Origin: Spizellomyces punctatus DAOM BR117 | Taxonomy: Eukaryota | Strand: one strand, 5' to 3' | NCBI GenBank assembly: GCA_000182565.2 | Contig: KQ257462.1 | DNA: 64,000 nt | Translations under genes and position numbers: made by a program | Notes under the pieces: generated by a model | Told to the model about the DNA's origin: nothing | Database searches by the model: none | What the model saw: the letters and a program-made list of their open reading frames with translations, nothing else | Shown: in pieces, positions 36,401-48,683 of the stretch | How positions within the stretch are numbered: position 1 is the first letter of the stretch | Layout of the letters: each line of letters begins with the position of its first letter

Positions 36401-39400
36401 CGGTTGACAGAGGATCCACGAGCAAGGGTTTTGCAGTCGATGAACGAAAGCACCTTCAATCCCAGCTGGCACGGAAGCTCCCCTACTATATCCACGTATA
36501 GGCGATTAACCTGACGTACAGCTATTGCACGCAAGCATATAAGGTTTTCTCCCTCTAAGCCGCTTTGTATCAAGTCCTTCACCCTCAGGTCGCCGATTTT
36601 GACATTTGCGATTTCTCGCAAGAACAACGTGGGATTCCGCATCACCCACTTCGAAAGTAGGGAGAAGTCCGCATTCCATCCTACGAGTGCGCAACCAACT
36701 TTGATAATTTTCGTCAGCAACGGGTTTGGGTTAGAGGCTGTAAGATGGAGCTTCATTAGGGTGAGATCCGCAATTTCCAGCCGTCGACGAATATCCTGTC
36801 AGATGAATTGGTATTGGTAAATCCCACGATCAGCTGAGAAACGCCGTCGCGGAAGAATTCATGCCTTAATGGTGTTCACAATGACTTCAAATGACCAAAA
36901 CTCTGCTCTTCCCGCGTATGCTGCAGACCATTTCTCGTCAAACACCGCCTTTTTCTGCTTCACAACTTCTTCGGCTTCACGAAGCGAAATCATTATCCGT
37001 TGATGCTTTGCTTTGAAGGAGCGGATTGCAGGAAGTATGTTAGACACCGTTATTGCGGCACGTGAGGCAACAAAAGGCGTAATTGCAGTGGAAGCTGCCA
37101 CGTTTTTATCTGATCATTTGAGATATGCGAGGATGAGTGAGAAAATAGTAGCAAGCAACATACGCGACAAATGCTGATACCGTATAGAACTGGACGATGG
37201 TAACCAAAGGCATTTGTTGGCTGCTTCATTGGAACCGGTAGCGTTTCAATGCTACAAGATCGTAGCTAGGAGAAGGCGTATATAGGTGAAATCACATGAG
37301 ACCTTTAGCCGCAAAGTATAAGATAAGCACCTTGTCGTAAACTACAGTTGGTGTCGAGTGCGCTGGTAGCTGCAATAAATCCAGCAACGAGGCTCTCGCT
37401 TGCAACACGTAGGGATTGTCCGCAGGTTCCAGTAATTCTTCAATATCTTCCATCTTGAGAGACTCGAACAGATCGCGAATCGCTTTCAATTGCTTTTGTC
37501 CTTCTTCAACATCCGACGCCAATCTTTCTCTTAAAGTTTTAAGTTCATATAGCGCCGCCTGATAATCACTGTGAGCAGCGGCGACCTTAGGATTTTCAAA
37601 GACAGGAGTATCATCCTCGCAGTGGAACGCTTGCTGCATCCATTGACTTTCCGAGATGTGATCAGCATGTCCGGGCTCGTGAGCATCGAAGATGCTAGTT
37701 GGAGAGAAGATTTCGTGAAGGAGAGCAATGCGACCAACCAGCTCACGTTTAGTGCTAGCAAGAATGGAATATTGCCGTTGGAGGTTGGCACATTCTCCGG
37801 TAGATTCTATAAGCTTATCGCGAGATTTTGATAGCCGAATGTGAGCATTTGCTGACCCTACGACACGTTTTGCAGTATTCAACCGGCTCTGGGATTGCTC
37901 TTCTTTGATCCGTCGTACCTCACGAGAGGAAGAATAGAGCGTTTGAATCCATGCACATAGCTCGCGTGCAGCAATCCCGACTACCGCACACCGGTCGGGT
38001 CTGAAAGTCGGTTCCTCCATGATTTTCTTGAGTTTATCGAGTACCGCCTCCGGAAGTGTATCGGCCGTCAGAGATGAGATGCGGAATATAAAAGAATGAC
38101 TTGCAATGACTTTTCGGGCTTCCGTCCACGACTGTGGCTTATCGAACAGAATGCAGATGGCGCTGGCAAGAAACTGAACAGGAGGTGGTGGATCTGTCTC
38201 AGCTTTCAATTCCTCAAAAGCATCCTTGCGAAGAGCCTGCAGGCGCCGTATGCTTTGTTCCAAATTCTGCCGTGCAGCGGCTAGGCACGCATCCGCAGCA
38301 TCTTGTTGTTTTTGGCGCCACTGTCGGTCTATGCTTTCTTCGTCGCTCTTTAGTTCCTTTCGCAATTTTTCTACATCCATTTGTTTTTCTTTAAGCTGCT
38401 TCGTGACCACATTTAGTTGTGCCATTGTCGATTCCAGCAATGCTGGGAGATTCTGAAGTTGGCTTCGTGTGTTGTCGACAATCGTTTTCACCACTTCCCG
38501 TGCGTCACCAACTTTTTTCAAACACCGGCGGAACTTCTGATTCTGAGAAATAAGTTCGTTTTTGGTATTCATATAATATTCTGAGACGTGTTCAAGGAAT
38601 TTTTCGTAGCCATTGATCGGCATTGATTTCAAGAAAGGATGTGACCCGCATTGGATTGCATGAATTACCGCGAGGAACATCTGCGCTGTGCATGTGCTTA
38701 GGGATTCGGCAGAGGTGGACTCATCATTAACAGCCTCCAAGAGCCCTGAGTCTGCGAAATAGTTTTGTGCCAGCGTTCGTAGGGATGTTTCATTATAGTC
38801 ATAGTAGATATCGATTGTCAGGCTCGAGATAATTTTGGGATATTCGGCTGTCAAAGCACATCAGTCGAATGGAACAAGTATCGCATGCTATACGAAAAAG
38901 CAAAAATCGCATACCCAGCTGATCCAGGACCATTAGATTTGCCATATCCACGCATACGACTATCTTCAAGTTTGTTAATGTTCTCTCGTTAAGTTCTCTC
39001 TCAACATCCAACGCGCTCAAAGCTTTTCTATTCTCCCCTTTTACCAACCCAAGAACCGCTCCCCGCGATATCTTTCCTCTCTCATCCCGCTCCGTCTGCT
39101 TGGCCTGATGTGCAATTTTGCTCAACATATCGTCGTACTCTCCCGATGTCCATAACTGGACCGATCTGCCGCGATCAAGAAGAGCATTCAGATCCCCCAA
39201 AAAAGTAGGATTGAGCGCGCATTCTGCCGGGAGAAAAATTCCGACAACAATTTTTTGGAGCGAAATGGCGGCGTCGATGATTTGCTTCCGAATGAAGAGG
39301 CGCCAAGTAGGAGTATCAACTGGGCCGATTATATTGTACTCTCGGAATCGATATCCTCGCATTGCAGAGGCTTGTTTTGCGAGGTCTTTTTGCACATCGT

Positions 39401-42400
39401 GGAGACAATGCCCAATTAGGAGCGCACTTGGATATTGATCATCGCCCAAAACCCTGTCCAGCCTACAGAAATGATCGATAGCTCCAGGATACAAGGTAAT
39501 GTCTCTCTTTACGAGTCCTTTTGCATCTCCCTGAGTGGTGAATATAGATATGGCTTCCTTAATAAGTTTCTCGCTGACCCCGCGGTAGGCTGTTCGATCC
39601 ATGTATGCTGCTTGGGTGAGCGATACGGTGGACTGCCTTATTGATGGTGAGAAGCCGAGCGTAAAAATAGATCGGTTTGTGTCGCGTTCATTGGGACGCA
39701 CAGCCATCGTTGTCATATCGGAATACAGATATGACAAGCTGGATGACGGTGCTGTCTGGTGAAAGTATTGCAGACAGACACGACCGACGATATCGTGGTA
39801 TATCGAGGTGTCGCTAGGGCTTATTCGATCCTATGAAAAGGTCATTATAAGCTCACAGGAATGGGCTTCCAGGCAAGGATAATTACTCACCAAATAGACT
39901 CTGTCAACCTCAAAGCACCATGCAGTCATCAGCGACTTGCTACTCATCCACTCTTCCTCACTAATTTTCATCAAGCCCCTTAGAACTTTAGCTGCATCTG
40001 AGGGCACAAAAATCCTTATTCCTGATCGTAGTATTCTCATTTTAATCAAGTGGTGACACCGGAGGGTTGCATCAATGACCATGTCGACTTTGTTCCCACG
40101 ATGATGCATACATTCCAGAAACGATCCTCGCATTTCGCAGTACGCATCCGCATCATGGAACCTGAACACAATAAAATGACGCGCAAGACGATGCGTTGGG
40201 GCTTCCAAATCAGAGCATCCGAGGATCGAGATGCGTCTTACAGCTCTAAAAGTTGTAGCGTTGCTCCAGTATCCACCCATATCCGGAAAGGAGCGCCAAA
40301 ACTCAGCTACCGGAGATGGTGAAGAAGGCCGCGCGGCCATAGGTATATGTAAATCGTCAACAAAAAGGGTCAACGTTTTATTATTGGGGGGAACGTACGC
40401 CGCGGTTGCTTCATCTCTTACAAGGGTTTTATGCAACTGAGCGTGAAATTCCTCTGGAGTGGATGTTGGATGGAGCATGTGTGTATGAATGATAGTCTTC
40501 TGCTCTGGTAGGTTGGCGAGAGTGCGTTCCGCAGCAAAGGTTTTGCCGGCACTCGGGCCACCGGTAAACAGAACGCTTTTGTGGTGCTGAAGGAGCGTAC
40601 TGGCGAGGTTCCTAATGTGGGAAATGACACTATGTGTGGGCGATGGTGTCCATGATCCAGTGACAGTGTTGAACACCAGCAGGAACAGACTGGGACCTTC
40701 GTGATGACTATGGAGTACGGCCCAGAGCTGACTGGAAGATTGGTTGTCTTCCAGCAGTCTATATATAGTGGCTTCAAATCCTTTCCGATGCTCCACATCG
40801 ACGGCCAACCCGAATGACCACACTACAGCGTACCAGAAGGCGTCTTCAATTACTGCTTGACAATCTTTCTCGAGACAAGCTTCCCCTAAGAGACACTGTA
40901 AGATTCCCAGAAAACTACTAACGGATGATTGAAGATCCATTCCCCGGAGACGGCAAATCTCATCCAAAGAGGATACTAATTCCTTCATATAGATGCCAAA
41001 GATAGCCTTTAAAGTGCATTGAAGCGCTGTAGCGAGCGGCGAGAACTTAGGATCTTTCGGTATCTGGTATATCCATTCGGAAACGCAGACCTCCCACGTC
41101 CACTTGGTTTTCACATGCACGAGACTGAATCGCGAAATAAATCCAGCTGAGACGTTATGGATATCTTCGGCTTCCCATATGAGGGTTACATTCTGGGACA
41201 ACATTAGCCTTTTCCCTGTGCTTAAGCACAGTGCGCTTGGGTGCATCAACGAGGCGACCGCCTCGGTCCAGGAGGAGGAGTACGGGCCGTCGAGATGAAT
41301 CCACGCGGGATTAGGGCTTGAAGCGAGATCTTCTAAAATACCTTTTGTGAACCCCGTTTGGGATGGGGATCCAAAGAGAAGAGCCGAGGAAAGTGCAGTT
41401 GGATTGATCGTGTATAATGGCATGGAATTGAAACGAGAAGCTGCGCGGATTGTCGTCGTTTTACCAGTTTGTGGCGCTCCAAGGACGAGAACGTGGGTGC
41501 CTGGTATGGATGTTGCAGTGAGGAGACCGCTGATGGCATTTTTCAGATGCATATGCAAAGGATCACAGTCGGGAGTTACGATATCATTGCGGATATTGCA
41601 AGGGGGGCCTGTGGATATGGCCTCGAAGGTTGATCCAAAAACGGCTCCCAAAACGTCCCTCAATATACCAACTTCTTCTCCGACCGCCTTCAGCAGTCCC
41701 CACTCCCATAAACACTTCGCAACAACTTCGAGCTCAGCAAAATTGTCTCTCATCCGCTCCATATACCGGCAAACAGATATTACACTTCTCACGGATCCCA
41801 TTCGTACGCCCAGCCCCTCGCACCCCCGCCAGAAGGCGGCAACTTTTGCGGCACAGCTTTCTGCATCCTTGAACCCCGCATTCCGTAGCAATACGGCGGT
41901 AACAATTTCAACTCCAGGTAAACGTAATGCAATCGGTACCATCCGATTCCGCACCGTACCCCTAAACAGATCATCGTCCATCTTCTCTGACGTTGCAAAA
42001 CATCTTACATGCACGACCGGCGGTAATTTCATCACTCTTCCCAGAAACGATACAGAAGAAAGTTCCTTTCGTGAGGATGCAGCTGTTAGTTCCCTAACCG
42101 CTTCTAGACCCGCCAAGCAAACGCCCAAAGAATCCTGGCTTAATCTGTCCAATTGCCGGAAGACAAGAAAACATCCTGTCAGGACCATCCCCGTCAACAG
42201 CCTCCGCATGACCGCACTTGAGACTGCCGGAGAACAGCAGCATACGACCGCAAATCGACCAAGAATTTGCGTAAATTCGAGGAGAAGGGTCGTTTTCCCT
42301 GTATCAGGTGGACCGTGCGATAAGATTCCATGATTGGAAATTAATCCAGGCCAGAGGTTAGTGAATGTTCTGGACGAAATACCCAGAGCCACACGGGCAG

Positions 42401-45400
42401 TGGGCGGAATGTATTCGAAGCCGTACGAGGCATGGTAAAGATCTTGAGAGATAGTCACGGTCACTTCGTCTTCGTCGTAGTGATATTTGAGCGCATTCAG
42501 CCATTCCAGCGACGTTTTCATATTTTCCGTTGTGCGTTGGGCATTTAAAAGGCATTGAATCCAGTCACGATGAGATAGGGTAAGGGTCAGAAGAATTTTG
42601 GCTAACTTGTCTGATCGGGTAGTTAGCTTCCTGATTTTGTCCAAGGTTTGCGACAATAGGGTGTCCAATCCGCCTTTGATGCCCAAACTATTTTCAACCT
42701 CGAGCGTCCGTCGTACTTGGTGGGCTAAAACTCGAATTTGTTCAGGAACATCCTCACCGTCCTCGTCGCTATTTTTGTTTCTTAAAACGGTGAATATTAT
42801 CTCCTTGAGAGTGGATTGAATCTGCGTCTCAATCTTGGAAAGCAATTCTTCGATGCTCAGATGGGAAGTGCTGATGAAATTACGAAAAATCAGAGCTTCG
42901 CTTGTCCCGGATGTGGTGGATCGAATGCCGGTTATTTTGTGGTCCTGCGCTGCTGAGGCGGAGGACTGATGGATAAGAGAGGTAAAATAAAAGTATCTAA
43001 CATAACAGGTGGGATATTGTTAGTTCATAGATAGATAACGTTTGGCCCATCTCGTCGTAGGAACGTACTTTGACAAATATCCATTCAACTCTTTGGGTTC
43101 TCTCTTAACCTTAACCAGCTCCAGCAGTTCCTCATCAGCGCCAAAAAACAATCGCGGAAACCCAATCCGCTTTCCATCTAACCACCCTTGAACATCCTCA
43201 ACCAGAGATCCCAGAACGCCCCTCATCTCCGTCAATCCCTCGGCCAGATCTGGCGCAGCGTCCACCAATGCTTTCATTCCCAAGTTCTTCTCAGCCTTTG
43301 CTAGGAGGGCGCGGTAAGTAGTTTCAACGGCTCTATATCGTTTGGTTTCCAATGGAAGCGCCAGCTGAACCTCCGTAGCATTAAAGAAAGAATGGGTCGA
43401 GAGAAGAAGTGGCTGAGTTTTGGACCATTCAGTAAGAGATTTGAGAGCTCTTTGAAGGTCGTTTTGGAGCGCTGTAAATTGGTCAACGTAATGTTCAATT
43501 CCTGGCTCAGATGACCCTTCCAACAGCAGCTCAACCGACAGCAAGTCCGATTCAATAACGCCGATAAGCCTCTCAAAACGGCTGATAACTGACAGGCCCG
43601 TTGCCTCATCCCGCATAATCTGGATGGAAAGCTGGGCAAACCGGTTTTGTATCTCAGAGAGCGTGCTCGAGAGAGACTGTTCTTGCTCTGCTTCTTGGAG
43701 AATTTCCAAGAGGTCTTCATATGTCAGCCCTAGATTTCGCCGTCCGATGGTTTTAGTGACAAGGGAAAGAGGTGTGGTGGTGATGTCAAAATCGGCCAAG
43801 CCCAGAGCGTTGCGAACGGAATCCCAATGCCAACTACGGAATGAATCATAAGTAAGGACTTCCACAATAGGGTATTCCGTCTCAAGAAATGCTGCTATTT
43901 CTTTCGCAGCGTGCTGCGCGATAGGTGGGTGCGCAATGCCCGTTGGTGTAAAAACTTCTAGTAGTTCCGCACAGCGCTTCCGAATCTCGGATGCATGAAT
44001 ATTACAGATTGGCTCATATCGCCAGCGGTCAAGATCTTCTCGATATTGCAGTAAACATGTGACCAAAACTCTACGAATGTGCATTGATGTATGTAGGTTT
44101 TGCAGTTGCGACAGTCGTTGAGTATCATCAATACACGAAGCTTTGCGGATGATGACGGCTGCGATATCAAGCGCATTTACTATGTGCTTGGAGATAGGTG
44201 TGAGAGACTTGAGCGTAATTGTGGTGGGATGATTCTGTGCTCTGGCGTCCTCATGCTCGTCATCTTCCGTCCTATCCTCCTCTTCTTCCTGTTCCTCGTT
44301 ATCCGAACCACTGCTGCTTGTAGCGTCACCGATTGGTGTGGTCAGTACCTTATCCAAAGCAGCCTCCACCTCATCCCACAATTCAACTATCATACACATT
44401 TCCTTCTCCACAACGGCGCTCAGTCGTTCAATGGCTTCACTCACTGCTTGTTTTCTCAATGCAGCAAACTCGGTCAAACGGTCATACATGGTGTAGGCGT
44501 CGTAGAAGCGCGTCACCAACTCATCATCTACAGCCCACTGTCGTTCGTCCAGAAACGATTTGAGTGACTTTACAAAGCTAGTTTGGCCTTGCAGAAGAGG
44601 AAGAGCAGCATCTAGAGACTGCAGAGATACGGACGCAGATTTTGTTTGATCAAAGTTGCCGGGGGGTGGGTGCGTGGTATACGTCGTGTACACATCATGG
44701 ATTTCCTGTACTTTACGGTCCAAGAGTCCTTCCAGATTGGTGAAAATCCTTCGTCGGGTCTTCGAAACCCATTCCTTGATCTCGCTCTGGAAGTTTTCAC
44801 TGAATACAGCAAACATCCCACGCGGAGTTACCTTTGCAAGACCAGCACAGTGTTTCTCAACAATGGATATGTCCCGCAATTGGGCATCGCACTTATTTAA
44901 GATATTTTCGGCCGGGTTGGCGATATCAACATCTAGCACTGACACATGCGAGGCCGAACGAACTCGCGGCAGTATTGCAGCCGACAGCCAGTTCACGAAA
45001 TCACGACATGAGTCAATCCCTTCGTCAATCATTTCAGAGCAAAGCTCCTTCAAGAATACGTGGTCCTCGGGCGTCGGTATGTACGGCCCAGTAGGGAATT
45101 TGCATGAAATTGGGGTGAGCATGCAGGACAATGATTTGTTGAGAGCAGATTTCCACGATTCAAAGTCAGTGCTGAAAGTAATACTATAGTCGGCGTTCCA
45201 GTCAAAGATGAGGTCAACTCGGATGCGTATGGCCCCTTGATGGAACGACTTATATATATCGGTTATCTTTGTTCGGAAGATGGGCATAATGGTCGATTTT
45301 GCGATGACAGCGACAAAGAATTTGAGAAGGGAGCGGGCAGTCTCAGCATCTTGTGCCTCCATAGTTGATAACATCGTTTCCGCTGAGTCCCTGGGTTCTA

Positions 45401-47687
45401 CCTGATGCGCTCGAAAAGCCGTAGTTACCGCTGCTGATAGTACATTACCAATGTGCTCCGAAACAGTTTGTACGAATTCCCCATGTATGTGTGCGCATGC
45501 TTCAACAAATTCTTTGGGGGTAAAGAAGATACACCTCGTGTTGAGATCCTCAGAATCGTACGGGATTTCTCCACGTCGCAGGACATCACTAATACCATCC
45601 TTCAATAATCTCTGACACTCGTTTCGCAAGCAGAACACGGCATCGGTGCATTTCTGCCGATAAAACTCAATGCGCGGATATAGCAGTGCTGCTAAACGTG
45701 CTACTTGACCTTTCACGGAGGACGTGACGCGGATCCGCTCATCTTGCCAGTGTAATTCTGAGAGTGTTGGAATAGTGAGGGGCTGAGGAAGGAACCTTTG
45801 CAAGTGACCGCTACAAAGAAGGGCAGCTTCGATCTGAGATCTTGTGTAATCATTCTGAATTTCGGCCCTAAGATTAATGAGAACCTCCGGTGCAAATGTA
45901 AGAGATTCATCTTCCTCTTCTTCGGTCTCCCCGGCGTGATCCCCCTTGCCAATGGTAGTACCACATATGAACTTGGTCCACTGTCTTCTTTCTTTCCTTC
46001 TCTTCCTTAGCTCATCAGCTAGTAATCGCTCAGACGCCCTCACTGGCGCATTGGCTATATAATCTTTCAGAAAGGGCCGTGCGATTGCAACACATTGGCG
46101 AAGCGCAAGACGATATTCAAACTCAACACGGATGGCATGGGCATGTAAAAGTTTCTGATGGTGGGCATTTGGCGTTTCGTGAGGTAGCAGGATGTCGGCA
46201 CGAGTAAGTTGCGTTGGCGGATTGCGGCGTTCTGGAAGGGGTTCTTCCCATTTGATAGTATATCTGTTGTCAGTCGGATCATAGGAGAGGACAGTACATG
46301 GATGCCAGGCAATGGCAGGCGCCAATGCAGGGTCGGGCGTATCAGGGCCACTTGGAGCTTGAATACCTGGAGCTCGGCCCTTGGTGCGGACACCGGCTTT
46401 GTCCAATTGGGTCGAGAGAGGATCAACTAGTTGCTGCTGAGCGTCTTCGTGGTCCATAAAGAAATCTATTGGGAACGTGTGTCCAAGACGTCTCCCAGGC
46501 CTAGAAATGGGGCGGTCGGGGAGTGATGTATAATGCCGGTCGATATCCTTCTGTTCTGTCAACAGAATCGAAGGTATGTGAGGCACTTCGTCGCCCAGCC
46601 ATTGTATTACATCTGCAGGAGTAGGTCTACCATCGTTGATGTGCTCCTCCTCCCTCTCTTCCCCTCTCATTTTTGGCATACTGACACCTCGATACCCTTC
46701 CATTCTTGCCTCTATTCTAGATGGCGACGGAGTCAGCCGTTTAGAAAATCGTCCAAGTTTAGGCAGCGGGTATTGTTTCGCAATATGACTGACCATGACA
46801 TGCCCATCCTCTTCATCAAAGTAGTAAGATGGAATGCGATGGAGCCCAAGCTGAGGTGGTAGGCGAACGTATACTTTCGGGCCCGCCGTGCCACCAGTAG
46901 TACCGATGGGGACCAGAGCATGGTCTGCGGCAGGTGCCAGATGCCTGTCTGAATGCTGTACAGTTGCTGGATCCGGAACTACCGATGGTGCAGTCCATGC
47001 AGTCCGAAAGATATCCGCTATTACTTTAAAGAACAAGGATTTTGTCTCTCTGGAGAGAGGCCGGCTCTTTCTTGGCAAGAAGAGATCATCAAGAGGTTCG
47101 CCGCCCATCATTGTAGCTCGACGAGCAGAGATAATTCTTCGGCCCCTGTCGCCATGGAGAACAGATTCCGCTGATGCGGAACCCAATCGGCGACCCGTGG
47201 CTGCAGAGGGCGGTCTGAGAAAAACCAGCTCATCCAGTTCTCGAAATGCGTTTAATCTTGTTTTCTGTTCCTGAGATAGATCAGCGGTACGTGGGCGAAT
47301 GATCCGATTTGATGAGGAAGGAGTCGCAAAGCAATCCGATGTCAAATCATCGGATTCGTCAATGAGATGGATAGGAGGTCCATAGTGGACATTGGACGTC
47401 AGGTCAAACGAGACTTTTGATGATCTTTGGGGATAGTCAAACCTCCCTTTACCCAAACCACGCTCTTTTCCAAAAAAGAGCTCCAGAAAGCGTTCTTCTG
47501 CTTGCTCCCAGCGGGATCCTGCTTCATCATCATTTTGGGTTTGATTTTGTTCATCGCCTGAAACTGATTGGATCTTTGTATATGGCGGCTGCAAGGTATT
47601 GATGTCGTCCTTATTAAAATCATCCATAGGAAGAGAATCATGCTTCCTTTCTGGCTCACTGAGGCAAGCCCCATCAGGAGGTTGCAT
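27481..47687 (-). CDS. Giant (~6,480 aa) fusion: degenerate axonemal-type dynein heavy chain with an internal F-box, followed by a DUF4062-like domain, NACHT NTPase and WD40 repeats
   Basis: 13 exons: 47687-43069, 42996-39891, 39830-38915, 38847-37331, 37265-37181, 37109-36865, 36795-36203, 36146-34843, 34778-34207, 34142-33979, 33908-33676, 33625-33394, 33340-27481. They total 19,446 nt (divisible by 3) and the junctions are phase-compatible. Dynein motifs: KRIGFPRLFF, YGFEYI, GPPDTGKT, WIHLDGP, FVDDLHIP, EVDRVYLDRI, PPPPV, WLIDPNG, GDWLVI..FRMWF. NACHT motifs: GESGMGKT and IIVDGVD. Confidence 0.8.
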
Positions 47688-48683
47688 ATTCTGTTATCCA
47701 GAGTCGCGATCCTTCCCTCCGCTTGCTGACTTTGCAAAACGCGTTCGCCTTGTGAGTCAGTCCAAGCCACTCACATGTGATGTGGCAAAGGCAAAAAGAA
47801 CCTTTAGCGCGTTTCTCCAAGAAATACGCTGTTAAGAATCGAACCCTCGAAATGATGACAAAGCAGCAAAGATCAGCGATAATGCAAGGGACACCATCGC
47901 ATGTCTTCCATCCCATGTTGATGATCTTGTTTATCAGTTAGAGATGGACGATTATTATCTTGGGGCTAGCTGCGAAAACTTTGAACTCGTCCACGATCTT
48001 GCCTGTAACGGGATCTCTTTGGCACGCTGCAGCAAGGAGAAAAGCACGACAAGGATGACGGCATTTGCCTATCTCTTGGCTTTGCCTCCTTTCAACCCCC
48101 CAGCTCCAACATTCCACGGGGTGATCGGTGTCCCTGAGTGGTCTCCGGCCCTGATCTCAACGCGCAGCATCTGCTGTGATGCTACATAGCCTCTTTCGGC
48201 AATCCCAATGCGCGAACAGTCCGCGCTGTCAAGGAGGATTACGTTTCCACCATGCTGATAGGAGAGATGGCAAATACAATGCCTCCGTGGTCAGCATCAT
48301 TTTTATACATCTAGCCAGCAAGAATGGAGAATTTGTGAAAGAGGTGTGGGGAACACACTATCCAATCAGGACGGATCAAGATTGTAGATCCATGTGCGGA
48401 CACTGAAAACATGGTCGTTGATTAGAAGGCAAGGGTGCTTGATCTTGCAAATACTTGATCAAGTGGTATTACCAGCGAGTCCAGCACAAATTATACATCT
48501 TCCAAAAACACTTGGAATGTCCAATCGTTATATATGGCCCTGAAGAATGCTATGGGCCACGGGTGGGGATATAAATAACCCAACAAATTCAATCCCCCAT
48601 TTATCAGCCAGAAATAGCTTCTTCAAAGTTATTGCAAGTAGTTCTGAACCTCATCCTCCCCATTCCTTTGCCGTGTTCTCGCC

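Noticed and set aside
41347-42333. 328-aa plus-strand ORF
   Set aside because: Antisense to the dynein AAA1-AAA2 exon; no recognisable domain.
27481-47687. Dynein pseudogene interpretation
   Set aside because: Multi-kilobase exons contain no stops or frameshifts and the intron phases are compatible, which implies purifying selection.
47700-48680. Short ORFs between the divergently oriented giant gene and the carboxypeptidase
   Set aside because: Short and motif-less; consistent with a promoter/intergenic region.
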